From Minisyncoccota bacterium (GTDB lineage Bacteria > Patescibacteriota > Minisyncoccia > Phycocordibacterales > UBA9973), in contig JAVHRS010000035.1 of assembly GCA_036171755.1 (NCBI GenBank), positions 2,882-26,881 of the forward strand: DNA of 24,000 nt, read 5' to 3'. Within the stretch, counting starts at the first letter, position 1. The number at the start of each line of letters is the position of its first letter. Made by a program: the position numbers and the translations under genes. Below the pieces are notes generated by a model. It saw only the letters and a list, made by a program, of their open reading frames with translations, did not search any database and was not told where the DNA came from. This document shows, in pieces, positions 13,674 to 22,591 of the stretch.

Positions 13674-15020
13674 CTACAAAGCAATCTTATTTATTGCTTT
13701 AATAAACCTCTCTGCATCTTCTTCTGTGTTCTGTAATCCAAATGAAGCTCTCACAAATCCTGGTACTGCATTTTCCTTACCATTTTGTACATCCTTTATG
13801 ATTTGTGTTTCATCTTTTATTTTAAGTAATTTACGGACTACATTATAAACACAGAAGCTTCCAGCTCTAACTCCAATACCATATTCTTTATTAAGTCTCT
13901 CTGCAACTTCTTTATTAGTCATGCCTTTAATATTAAAAGGAATGACTGTGTTTAAATGTTTTTCATTTACATAAATATCTATTTTTGGATTCTTCTTCAT
14001 TTCCTCGTACACTTTCTTAGTTAATCCTTTCTCATATTCCTCTATATTTTTTATTCCAATTTCTTTAACTTTATTTAAGGCTATTGCCATAGACACAGCA
14101 CCAATAGCATTCGGAGTTCCTGGATCATGAGCAATTTGGTTATGATATCTAAGAAATTCTCCATTTTTTGTGATATAAGGTAAATTTCCACCCCCAATTT
14201 CATAAGAAATAAATTGATCAAAGAAATCTTTTGGTCCTATTAAGAATCCTCCACCGTATGGTGCATAAAATTTATGCCCTGAGGCGGCTAAGAAATCTAT
14301 ACCCATTTCTTCCATGTTTATTTCATGGTGTTGTATATACTGACATCCATCAACGATAAAGTATGCACCATTTTCATGAACAATTTTACCTATTTCTTTT
14401 ATCGGAGGACAGTATCCTGTAACATTTGATGAAGCTGTAAGAACAAAAACTTTGATTTTATTCTTAATAAATATTTTTTTAATATCTTCTAAGTCAAATT
14501 CAAATTCATCATTAACAGAATATTTTACAATTTGTTTACAACCTTCTTCTTGGATCTTTTTATTTACACTTTCCATTTCACTTATTGCCACTTGATTTAC
14601 TCCAAGTGATTTTATCCCTTCATTTTTCACCCAAGGAAGCCATGATGAGCTATGTTCTATATCAGAAACAGCTACTTTTCCATCAAGAAATGAAAAGAAG
14701 TGAGAGATAGAATTCATTGCTCCTGTTGTGTTTCCAGTGAATACTACATATGAATCATTTGGTGCTCCGACAAATTTACAGATAGTATTTCGACTATCTT
14801 CATATATGTCTGTAGATTTCTCTGACTTAGCTCCTGCTCCACGATGGACAGAACCATAAGAAATCATATAATCCATAACTCCTTTTTCTACATCTATAAA
14901 TGGTGAAGTTGTCGCGGCATTATCTAGATTCACATAAGAAACCTTTTCTAGTTTTTTTGTCTCTACTTGATACTCAAGTATTTCTTTTCGAAATAATTTT
15001 TTTGGATTAATTATATTCAT
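13674..15020 (-). CDS. Class V aminotransferase-fold PLP enzyme, cysteine-desulfurase-like
   Basis: Contains YVNLDNAATT, SVHRGAGAKSEKST and ASGHKFYAPYGGGFLIG (PLP lysine). VRAGSFCVYN is comparable to the SufS/CsdA RxGxHC active-site cysteine loop. Confidence 0.8.
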   Translation of the reverse strand: MNIINPKKLFRKEILEYQVETKKLEKVSYVNLDNAATTSPFIDVEKGVMDYMISYGSVHRGAGAKSEKSTDIYEDSRNTICKFVGAPNDSYVVFTGNTTGAMNSISHFFSFLDGKVAVSDIEHSSSWLPWVKNEGIKSLGVNQVAISEMESVNKKIQEEGCKQIVKYSVNDEFEFDLEDIKKIFIKNKIKVFVLTASSNVTGYCPPIKEIGKIVHENGAYFIVDGCQYIQHHEINMEEMGIDFLAASGHKFYAPYGGGFLIGPKDFFDQFISYEIGGGNLPYITKNGEFLRYHNQIAHDPGTPNAIGAVSMAIALNKVKEIGIKNIEEYEKGLTKKVYEEMKKNPKIDIYVNEKHLNTVIPFNIKGMTNKEVAERLNKEYGIGVRAGSFCVYNVVRKLLKIKDETQIIKDVQNGKENAVPGFVRASFGLQNTEEDAERFIKAINKIAL

Positions 15021-15159
15021 AAATATTTTTTTGTATTATGTAACCATTTTTTATTTAGTTTTCAATGAACGATGAACCATTCTAATAATATCTTTTACTA
15101 GAATGAATTAATTAAAAATTGGTTTTTAACTAATTTATTCTAACAAAAAAATAAAAAAA

Positions 15160-15228
15160 GTGGTCGGGAAGTCTCTTCTATAAGTATAACGCATAAAACA
15201 ATACTTAATAAAGAGATCTCCCAACCAC
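15160..15228. other. Long imperfect hairpin in a 500-nt non-coding gap
   Basis: GUGGUCGGGAAGUCUCU (15160-15176) pairs with AGAGAUCUCCCAACCAC (15212-15228) to give 17 bp, of which 3 are non-canonical on the plus strand (C.A at 15165/15223, A.C at 15170/15218, G.U at 15171/15217). On the minus strand two of the three become G.U wobbles and the third C.A. The loop is ~35 nt, with an A-run before and a T-run after. Function unknown. Confidence 0.4.
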
Positions 15229-15527
15229 TTTTATGTGATCAGTATCAACATATCTTGCGAAACAATAGCAGACCTCAGCTATGTTTCTTATCTATTTTAC
15301 TAGATAGAATCTGTTGGACCAATTCTTGGTCAAAGTTTTACATTTCAATTAGCTAGGTATAGTATAAATAAATAAAAATATTTGTCAAGGGGTGTGGGTA
15401 ATGTCTAAACACATTTGGCACTTTTTACTAAACTTAATAAATGAGTATTTTAATCAGTTAGTTACCAACAGTATGGACATGGGACGCTCTGGACTCCCAT
15501 GGAGGGTTGCGTCATTAATGTAGATAT

Positions 15528-16856
15528 ATGAAAATAGATAACCCAAATCAAGAGAAAGGTGTCGAGAAAATTAAGGTCGAACCAAAGAAGATTAGATACT
15601 GCCTTTATGCAAGAAAATCAACAGAATCAGAGGAAAGACAAGTCCTTTCCATAGACAGTCAAATCAGCGAGATGCTCCAATTAGCCGATCGTGAGGGGCT
15701 TGAGGTGGTCACCATGAAGCGTGAAAGCCATAGTGCTAAAGAGACTGGACAAAGACCTGTTTTTAACGAAATAATCGAAGAACTCAAACAAGAGAAGTTT
15801 AATGCCATACTCACATGGGCACCTGACCGTATTTCAAGAAATGCGGGAGATTTAGGAAAGATTGTAGATTTAATGGATGCAGGAAAATTGCATATGATAC
15901 GAACCTTCGGACAAACGTTTGGGAATAATCCAAATGAGAAATTTCTTCTAATGATTCTTGGCTCGCAAGCAAAACTAGAAAATGATAACCGAGGTATCAA
16001 CGTTAAGCGTGGATTGCGAACGAGAGTAGAGATGGGATTATGGCCTGGGATGGCACCATTGGGATATTTAAATCAAAAATTAATGGATAGGAAGTGTCAG
16101 ATAGTAATTGATCCAGATAGAGCACCGATCATAAAGAAAATGTTTGAGAAAGTAGTATATGAACATTGGAGTGGCAGAAAAGTATACAACTGGTTACGAT
16201 TTGATTTAAATTTCTATACTCGAGGAAACAAACCCCTGACACTCTCAGGGGTTTATCGTATCTTTAATATGCCAATCTATTATGGACCATTTGAATACCC
16301 TAGAAATTCTGATAACTGGTATCAAGGAAGTCATACACCAATAATTACTCAGGAATTATTTGAAAAAGCTCAAGCACAATTAAAAAGAGATAGAATTGTG
16401 AGAGAAAATAGAGAGTTCGCATTCACTAAATTATTTACATGTGGAATGTGTAGTTCAGGGATATCTGCTCAAGAGAAGTATAAAGAGCTTAAAGATGGAA
16501 CTACTGCTAAATATGTCTACTACTCCTGTTCAAAAGCAAGAGATAGAAATTGTAAAAATAAATATATCAGAGAAGAAGAATTGATAGATGAATTATTTAA
16601 AGTGATTGATAAGGTAAGTATTAATGAACTAGGAATGCGAATTAAACTTGAAGAAGAGATAAAGCGATTTAATCGACTTCAAAGATTAGCAACAAAAGGT
16701 ACACCGAAATACTCAACCAATGAGGATGATGTAAACACAAGAGAGTATGCTAAGTATGTACTTAGAGAAGGCACACCGCTCGAAAAAAGAGAATTGCTTG
16801 GACATTTAAGGAGTAGATTGGTGCTGAATGATAAGAAAATTACACTCGTAGAATAA
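15528..16856 (+). CDS. Large serine recombinase (phage-integrase/transposon type)
   Basis: The N-terminal resolvase catalytic region is RYCLYARKSTESEERQVLSIDSQ (Ser nucleophile context). A recombinase domain follows, then a Cys cluster CGMC...YYSC and a coiled-coil tail. 442 aa. Confidence 0.9.
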   Translation: MKIDNPNQEKGVEKIKVEPKKIRYCLYARKSTESEERQVLSIDSQISEMLQLADREGLEVVTMKRESHSAKETGQRPVFNEIIEELKQEKFNAILTWAPDRISRNAGDLGKIVDLMDAGKLHMIRTFGQTFGNNPNEKFLLMILGSQAKLENDNRGINVKRGLRTRVEMGLWPGMAPLGYLNQKLMDRKCQIVIDPDRAPIIKKMFEKVVYEHWSGRKVYNWLRFDLNFYTRGNKPLTLSGVYRIFNMPIYYGPFEYPRNSDNWYQGSHTPIITQELFEKAQAQLKRDRIVRENREFAFTKLFTCGMCSSGISAQEKYKELKDGTTAKYVYYSCSKARDRNCKNKYIREEELIDELFKVIDKVSINELGMRIKLEEEIKRFNRLQRLATKGTPKYSTNEDDVNTREYAKYVLREGTPLEKRELLGHLRSRLVLNDKKITLVE

Positions 16857-16891
16857 TAGAAAAAATTTATCAAAAATGGTAAAATCTTCTT

Positions 16892-17503
16892 ATGAAAAAG
16901 AAAACGCAAATATTACTAATTCATGGTGGAAATACCTTTAAAAACAGAGCAGATTATTTAAAGTATTTAAAAACTAAAAAGATTTCTATCGAAAAGAAAG
17001 TCCGTTGGTCAGAGAGTTATTTTGATAAAGAATTAGGCAAAAGATTTGAGATTATTAAACCCCGTATGCCTCTTCAAGATGATGCTAAATATGAGGATTG
17101 GAAGATTTGGTTTGAAAGATATGTTCCTTTTCTAAGAAATGGTGTGATTCTTATTGGGGGTTCTTTGGGTGGTATTTTTCTTGCTAAATATTTATCAGAA
17201 AATAAATTCTCAAAGAAAATACTAGCTACTTATATAATTTGTCCTCCATACGACAATACTTTACCAGATGAAGACTTAGTTGGCGGTTTTAAATTAAAAG
17301 ATGATCTCTCTTTAATAGAGAAAAATTGTAAAAATACCACTTTTATTTTTTCAAAAGATGATGATGTTGTCCCAGTGTCTCATGCTGAAAAATATAAGAG
17401 TAAATTAAAAAATACAAAATTTATTATTTACAAAAGTAAAAATGGTCACTTCCGTGTTCCAAAATTTCCAGAGATAGTTAAGATGATAAAGGAACTAAAA
17501 TAA
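16892..17503 (+). CDS. Alpha/beta hydrolase (YdeN/RBBP9-like serine hydrolase)
   Basis: ILLIHGGNTF at the N-terminus, a nucleophile elbow GGSLGG and a C-terminal GHF. About 200 aa. Confidence 0.7.
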   Translation: MKKKTQILLIHGGNTFKNRADYLKYLKTKKISIEKKVRWSESYFDKELGKRFEIIKPRMPLQDDAKYEDWKIWFERYVPFLRNGVILIGGSLGGIFLAKYLSENKFSKKILATYIICPPYDNTLPDEDLVGGFKLKDDLSLIEKNCKNTTFIFSKDDDVVPVSHAEKYKSKLKNTKFIIYKSKNGHFRVPKFPEIVKMIKELK

Positions 17504-17508
17504 AGTAT

Positions 17509-18297
17509 ATGCAAAATTTTGAAATAAAAAATAGAAAAGGTTTAAAAATCGTAGGAGATCTCTTAATTCCTAATAATCCTAAAGGTCTTTCTTTTACTTT
17601 GCATGGACTTGGTGGATTTAAGGATCAGTTACATATCCAAGCACTAGTTAAGGCTCTTACTGAAAATAATTACATTGTGGTAAACTTTGACGCTACTAAT
17701 TCAATTGGTGAAAGTGAGGGTAAATATGAAAATGCAACAATGCAAAATCACTACGAAGATTTAGTTGATGTAATTAATTGGGCAAACACTCAAGAATGGT
17801 ATAAAGAACCTTTTATAATAGCAGGACATAGTTTGGGCGGTTTTGCAGTAGCAAAATATGCAGAAGAATTTCCAAATGAAGTTAAAGCTGTATTTCCATA
17901 CGCCGCAGTTTATTCTGGAAAAGACAGTTTTGAGGCTTCAGAAAAATTTAAACCTGAAGAAATTAAAGACTGGGAAGAAACAGGTTGGACACACAGAACT
18001 AGTACCTCTAAGCCAGGGACAAAAATGAAGCTTCCATGGTCACATATGGAGGAAAGATTAACACATGATTTGAAACTTAAAACAAACAAATTAACAATGC
18101 CTATATTGTTTGTTGTTGGAGAGAATGATACAAGTTGTCCGCCGTATCAACAACAAGCCTTCTGTGATTTGTTGCCAAAAGAAACTAAAAAAGAAATTCA
18201 TATTATAGCAGGTGCACCACATACATTTAAAGAAACAGGTCACTTAAATCAATTAGAAAATATTTTTAGTAATTGGCTAAAGAAAATATCTTCTTAA
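17509..18297 (+). CDS. Alpha/beta hydrolase
   Basis: HGLGG oxyanion region, a GHSLGG nucleophile elbow, and late D/H residues (GENDTS..., GAPHTF). Confidence 0.75.
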   Translation: MQNFEIKNRKGLKIVGDLLIPNNPKGLSFTLHGLGGFKDQLHIQALVKALTENNYIVVNFDATNSIGESEGKYENATMQNHYEDLVDVINWANTQEWYKEPFIIAGHSLGGFAVAKYAEEFPNEVKAVFPYAAVYSGKDSFEASEKFKPEEIKDWEETGWTHRTSTSKPGTKMKLPWSHMEERLTHDLKLKTNKLTMPILFVVGENDTSCPPYQQQAFCDLLPKETKKEIHIIAGAPHTFKETGHLNQLENIFSNWLKKISS

Positions 18298-18301
18298 AAA
18301 G

Positions 18302-19537
18302 ATGAATTATCTAAATGATATCATTAATAATATAGATAAACTTACAATAACGATTACAATAGCTGTTGCTGTTATCGGATGGATCTTTGCTCTTTTTCTG
18401 CAAGGAAGAAATATTAAACATCAGCAAAAAGCCACTATTCGTTATGATATTTATAATCAATTTGTTCAGCTTCATAAAAAAATTCAGGGTACTTTGTCTA
18501 CTCTAAATGCAAAATCATCTCCACCTTTCATTTTAATGAGCTCGAGCATGATTCCATTTGAACTTAAATTAAAAAAAGAATATAAGGGTAACTGGTTAGA
18601 ATATAGCGAAATGGAATGTTTATTAGACGGAGAGAAGAAATGGAACTCTTTTGTTCAAGAACTCATACAAGCAAATATAGATTTTAATAATAAGTATATT
18701 GATTTGTTATATTTATTTGGAGATTGGACAGCTGTATTAAAACCACTCTTGATCACTAAAGATATTTTTTCAAAAGAGATAGAAATAATAAAGGCTGAGA
18801 TTTCCGAAGATTTGAGTACATTACAAATGTATACTTCCAAGCAAGATCATGATTGGAGAACTTGGGACCAAGAACAAGTTAATAATATTGCACAACGTGT
18901 AGGAAAAAATGGTTTAAAAATTAGCATGTATATAGGAGATTTTATGACACTCATTCATAATAATCTTTTATCGAAATACTTTCGACAAAAAAGACCCATA
19001 CGAAAAACCCTCGACGCAGAATATAAAGTTTTAACAAAGGAAGGAATTGTAGAAAAAGTTGATTGGAAAAAAGTAAGAAAGATGGAATCATACAAAAAGG
19101 AACTTATAGAAATTGCTCAAAAACAAATCGAAGGGTCAGAAATTGTTTCTCAAGAATATAAAGATTTTCTTAATTCAATAGTAAATGAAATATGTCCTTC
19201 ATGTAAAAATCCATTATTAGTGATTAGTGCTGAGAACAATGAAAAGAATTTTAATTTTAAATATGCATGCGGACATGGATGGAAAGGATTTACATTGGAA
19301 GACAGTCTTACTATTAGGGAATTAATAAAAATGAAAGGAGCTCGTGAGGGTTTTGGTATGATTAGAAAAACAATACAAGGATGGAAACCTAGTGGGGATC
19401 CAAAATTAAAAAATGGGGTTGAATTTTATATGGATGTAAATGTAGAGAAAAATGAATATCATCAAGTAGTAAAAGATGATAAAACAAAAAAAGTTCTCCA
19501 TGAAGAACACGAACCTCTTACTGAACATAAAAAATAG
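18302..19537 (+). CDS. Hypothetical membrane-anchored protein with C-terminal zinc-ribbon-like motif
   Basis: 411 aa. One N-terminal TM (ITITIAVAVIGWIFALFL) and CPSCKNP...YACGHGW near the C-terminus. No family recognised. Confidence 0.65.
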   Translation: MNYLNDIINNIDKLTITITIAVAVIGWIFALFLQGRNIKHQQKATIRYDIYNQFVQLHKKIQGTLSTLNAKSSPPFILMSSSMIPFELKLKKEYKGNWLEYSEMECLLDGEKKWNSFVQELIQANIDFNNKYIDLLYLFGDWTAVLKPLLITKDIFSKEIEIIKAEISEDLSTLQMYTSKQDHDWRTWDQEQVNNIAQRVGKNGLKISMYIGDFMTLIHNNLLSKYFRQKRPIRKTLDAEYKVLTKEGIVEKVDWKKVRKMESYKKELIEIAQKQIEGSEIVSQEYKDFLNSIVNEICPSCKNPLLVISAENNEKNFNFKYACGHGWKGFTLEDSLTIRELIKMKGAREGFGMIRKTIQGWKPSGDPKLKNGVEFYMDVNVEKNEYHQVVKDDKTKKVLHEEHEPLTEHKK

Positions 19538-19553
19538 TTTTTAAAGTACAAAA

Positions 19554-19573
19554 AAGAGCGATCATTATCGCTC
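19554..19573. terminator. Terminator hairpin (bidirectional context)
   Basis: AGAGCGAU-CAUU-AUCGCUCU, flanked by an A-run and UUUUUU. It lies between the 411-aa gene and tRNA-Ser. Confidence 0.75.
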
Positions 19574-19651
19574 TTTTTTGTAACTTGTAGCTTTGTGGGT
19601 CACAGCTCAACGTCGAGCATGTAGGTCCTCAAAACTAACAGGTTGTCCCTG

Positions 19652-19738
19652 CGGAAGGGGGGAGATTCGAACTCCCGAGGAGCTTTCACCCCTGACAGTT
19701 TTCAAGACTGTTCCATTAGACCACTCTGGCACCCTTCC
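19652..19738 (-). tRNA. tRNA-Ser (anticodon UGA), type II with long variable arm
   Basis: Minus-strand cloverleaf: acceptor GGAAGGG/CCCUUCC plus discriminator G; anticodon arm ACAGU-CUUGAAA-ACUGU; variable stem GGGG/CUCC; T arm GGGAG-UUCGAAU-CUCCC. No CCA is encoded. Confidence 0.9.
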
Positions 19739-19822
19739 AAATACAACACTACCTTATTTTGAGCCTTTTTTCAAGCCTTAAAAAACTTAGAAAAAAAATT
19801 AATTTTTTGCTATAATACTCAT

Positions 19823-20326
19823 ATGGTTAAATATAATGCAACAACAGAAGACAATAAATGCATATTTTGTGAGATAGTGGTAGGCCGCCTCCCCTCTTAT
19901 GTATTTTGGGAAGATAAAAATTATATGGCATTTCTTGCTATTGATCCAAATACAGAAGGAATGTCAGTTGTAATTCCAAAAAAGCATTTTGATGCAAACC
20001 CATTAGTATTACCAGATAAGGAATTAAAAAATTTAATTGTTGCGGCTAAAAAAGCAGCTCAAGTTTTAGAAAAATATTTTAAGGATGTAGGACGTGTGGG
20101 GTTCATAATAGAAGGCATGGGAATAAACCACATTCACATAAAACTACTACCTATGCATGAAACAGGTAATCTAAAGGGTGGTAAATGGAAACAGTTTCTT
20201 TCAAACCACACAGATCTCCCTTGGTATGAAAAATATGATGGGTTTATTTCATCAAAAGGTGGACCAATGGCCGACTTTGATAAACTGAAAATTTTAGCAA
20301 ATAAAATAAAAAAATCAATAAAATAA
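19823..20326 (+). CDS. HIT family nucleotide hydrolase/transferase
   Basis: CIFCEIV near the N-terminus and the histidine triad NHIHIKLLP. Confidence 0.85.
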   Translation: MVKYNATTEDNKCIFCEIVVGRLPSYVFWEDKNYMAFLAIDPNTEGMSVVIPKKHFDANPLVLPDKELKNLIVAAKKAAQVLEKYFKDVGRVGFIIEGMGINHIHIKLLPMHETGNLKGGKWKQFLSNHTDLPWYEKYDGFISSKGGPMADFDKLKILANKIKKSIK

Positions 20327-21496
20327 ATGATTAAAAATAAAAAATACGAAGAATCAATAAAGTTACACAAGAAGCATGGTGGTAAATTGGAAGTGGTAAG
20401 TAAAGTTCCACTAAAGAATAAAAATGATTTGTCCCTTGCTTATACTCCAGGAGTAGCTGGGGTTTGTGAGGCTATAGCCAAAAATCCAAAACTAGCACGG
20501 GAATTAACTATAAAGAAAAATACCGTAGCTATCGTTTCTGATGGCTCAGCAATATTAGGACTTGGAAATTTAGGCCCCTTGGCTTCCATTCCAGTCATGG
20601 AAGGCAAGGCTGCAATTTTTAAAAATTTTGGAGGAGTTGATGCCTTCCCTATTTGTGTAGATACACAAGACACAGAAGAGATTATAAAATTGGTTAAACA
20701 AATCGCTCCAGTTTTTGGAGGAATAAATTTAGAAGATATTTCTGCTCCAAGATGTTTTGAAATAGAAGAAAGACTACGTAAAGAACTTGATATTCCAGTA
20801 ATGCATGATGATCAGTGGGGTGCTGCAACAGTGGTGCTATCTGCTCTCATTAATGCTCTTAAATTAGCCAAAATTAAAAAGGAAAATGTGAAGGTGGTTG
20901 TAGCTGGTGTAGGTGCAGCAGGTGTTGCAACTGGTAGACTCTTACATAGTTATGGTATTACAAACACCATCTTTTGTGATAGTAAAGGAATTATAAATAA
21001 AAAGAGAATGGATTTAACTAAAGAAAAGAAAGAGTTACTAAAAGGTAGTATTATAAAAGAAAGGACTGGTACATTAGCAGATGCATTAATCGATATGGAT
21101 GTCTTTATTGGATTATCAAAACCAGAAACTATAACAGAAGAAATGATTAAAAGTATGGGGTCAAAACCTATATTATTTACACTTGCAAACCCTACTCCTG
21201 AGATAATGCCTGAGATTGCGCATAAGGCAGGGGCCTTCATAGTAGCTACAGGACGATCAGATTATCCAAACCAGATCAATAATTCTTTGGTCTTCCCTAA
21301 TGCTTTTAAAGCAATGCTTCATTATAAAATACCTCAATTTAAAAATGAAATATTTATAACTATTGCAGTAGCATTAGCAAATGTTATAAAAAACCCAAAT
21401 AAAGAGAATATTATCCCAAGTATGTTTGATAAAAAGGCAGGAATAGCTGTATATAAGGCTGTCGCATCTTTGGTAAAACAAAAGAAAGGAGTATAA
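20327..21496 (+). CDS. NAD(P)-dependent malic enzyme (short form)
   Basis: LSLAYTPGVAGVCEAIAKNP, SDGSAILGLGNLGP, GGINLEDISAPRCFEIE and VVAGVGAAGVA are typical of prokaryotic malic enzymes. Confidence 0.9.
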   Translation: MIKNKKYEESIKLHKKHGGKLEVVSKVPLKNKNDLSLAYTPGVAGVCEAIAKNPKLARELTIKKNTVAIVSDGSAILGLGNLGPLASIPVMEGKAAIFKNFGGVDAFPICVDTQDTEEIIKLVKQIAPVFGGINLEDISAPRCFEIEERLRKELDIPVMHDDQWGAATVVLSALINALKLAKIKKENVKVVVAGVGAAGVATGRLLHSYGITNTIFCDSKGIINKKRMDLTKEKKELLKGSIIKERTGTLADALIDMDVFIGLSKPETITEEMIKSMGSKPILFTLANPTPEIMPEIAHKAGAFIVATGRSDYPNQINNSLVFPNAFKAMLHYKIPQFKNEIFITIAVALANVIKNPNKENIIPSMFDKKAGIAVYKAVASLVKQKKGV

Positions 21497-21506
21497 TATA
21501 TAATAT

Positions 21507-21977
21507 ATGGAAGAAATTATTTTAAATAAAATAGAGTGGCAAGCACCTGAATATAAACATGAAGAAAAAAGCATAGATTTCTTTTGGACAATCGGACTAA
21601 TAACTCTTATTCTGTTTGTAATTGCCATTTGGCAACAAAATTATGTATTTGCTATTTTTATTCTTGTTTCTGGTCTATCTCTTTTTCTTTTCTCTATTCG
21701 CCACCCACAAATAATGACATTCGTCATAGAAACTTCGGGATTTTCTTTAGGAAAAGATAAATATGAATGGAAAAAAATTAAAGGCTTTCATATTAAAAAG
21801 GAGTCTGACAAAGCCCTGCTTCTAATAGAGATCGATAAATATCTACTCCCTGTTTATACTATTCCCTTACCTCTTGATATAGCTGATCAAGTTCGAGACT
21901 CTCTAACCAAGGTCACTCCTAACATAGAACTTAAAGAATCCAAATCTATGAAGTTCATGGAGAAGTTAGGATTTTAA
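21507..21977 (+). CDS. Hypothetical membrane protein
   Basis: 156 aa with two adjacent TM helices (FFWTIGLITLILFVIAIW, VFAIFILVSGLSLFLF) and a soluble tail. Followed by a terminator. Confidence 0.6.
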   Translation: MEEIILNKIEWQAPEYKHEEKSIDFFWTIGLITLILFVIAIWQQNYVFAIFILVSGLSLFLFSIRHPQIMTFVIETSGFSLGKDKYEWKKIKGFHIKKESDKALLLIEIDKYLLPVYTIPLPLDIADQVRDSLTKVTPNIELKESKSMKFMEKLGF

Positions 21978-21987
21978 AAACATCATT

Positions 21988-22015
21988 AAAAAAGCCAGAT
22001 TTATCTGGCTTTTTT
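21988..22015. terminator. Terminator hairpin
   Basis: AAAAAGCCAG-AUUUAU-CUGGCUUUUU. It abuts the 3' end of tRNA-Arg on the other strand. Confidence 0.75.
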
Positions 22016-22020
22016 AATTG

Positions 22021-22092
22021 TGATCCCGGCAGGAATCGAACCTGCATCGCAACTTCCGCAAAGTTGCGTCCTATCCATTGAACGACGGGACC
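22021..22092 (-). tRNA. tRNA-Arg (anticodon GCG)
   Basis: 72 nt. Acceptor GGUCCCG/CGGGAUC plus discriminator A; D arm GUUC/GGAC; anticodon arm CAACU-UUGCGGA-AGUUG (G34 C35 G36, G37); T arm GCAGG-UUCGAUU-CCUGC. No CCA is encoded. Confidence 0.85.
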
Positions 22093-22213
22093 CTCCTCTT
22101 ACGACTCTAATTTACACTAATAAATACTTATCCGCAAGCTAAATTGCTTAAAATAATTTTGTGCTATAATAAACTTATAGTCGGTTTATTATAAATTAAA
22201 TATTTTAAATTAC

Positions 22214-22543
22214 ATGGAAAACGAAGAAAAAAGAGGGTGCTGTGAAGGAAAGGAAAAGTGTGGCCATGATATGGGAAATTGTTGTCATAATTGGAAGAAG
22301 TGCCATATGATGAGAAGAATAATAATGATTATAGTTATAATCATTGCTTTCCATTTAGGTACACAATGGGGTGAAATGAAAGGAGAATATAGAGGAGGTG
22401 CATGTTTTGGAAGGGGTGGTATGATGAATTGGGATTATAGTAAATTCTATAATGATCAAGCTAAAGCTCCTGATAATGCATCGGGTTCTGTTACGGTACA
22501 GGTAAATAAAGCAGCACCAGTTGCTCCTACACCAGTACAATAA
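22214..22543 (+). CDS. Small Cys/His-rich membrane protein
   Basis: N-terminus RGCCEGKEKCGHDMGNCCHNWKKCHMM, then a TM (IIMIIVIIIAFHL), then a Gly/Met-rich tail. No family recognised. Confidence 0.55.
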   Translation: MENEEKRGCCEGKEKCGHDMGNCCHNWKKCHMMRRIIMIIVIIIAFHLGTQWGEMKGEYRGGACFGRGGMMNWDYSKFYNDQAKAPDNASGSVTVQVNKAAPVAPTPVQ

Positions 22544-22558
22544 ATTTATAAAATAAAA

Positions 22559-22585
22559 ATCTCCAGAAGCAAGGCTTCTGGAGAT
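22559..22585. terminator. Bidirectional terminator between convergent genes
   Basis: AUCUCCAGAAGC-AAG-GCUUCUGGAGAU, flanked by A and U runs. Confidence 0.8.
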
Positions 22586-22591
22586 TTTTAT

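Noticed and set aside
19593-19781. 62-aa plus-strand ORF
   Set aside because: It lies antisense across tRNA-Ser(UGA) at 19652-19738. The tRNA fully explains the conserved GC-rich stretch.
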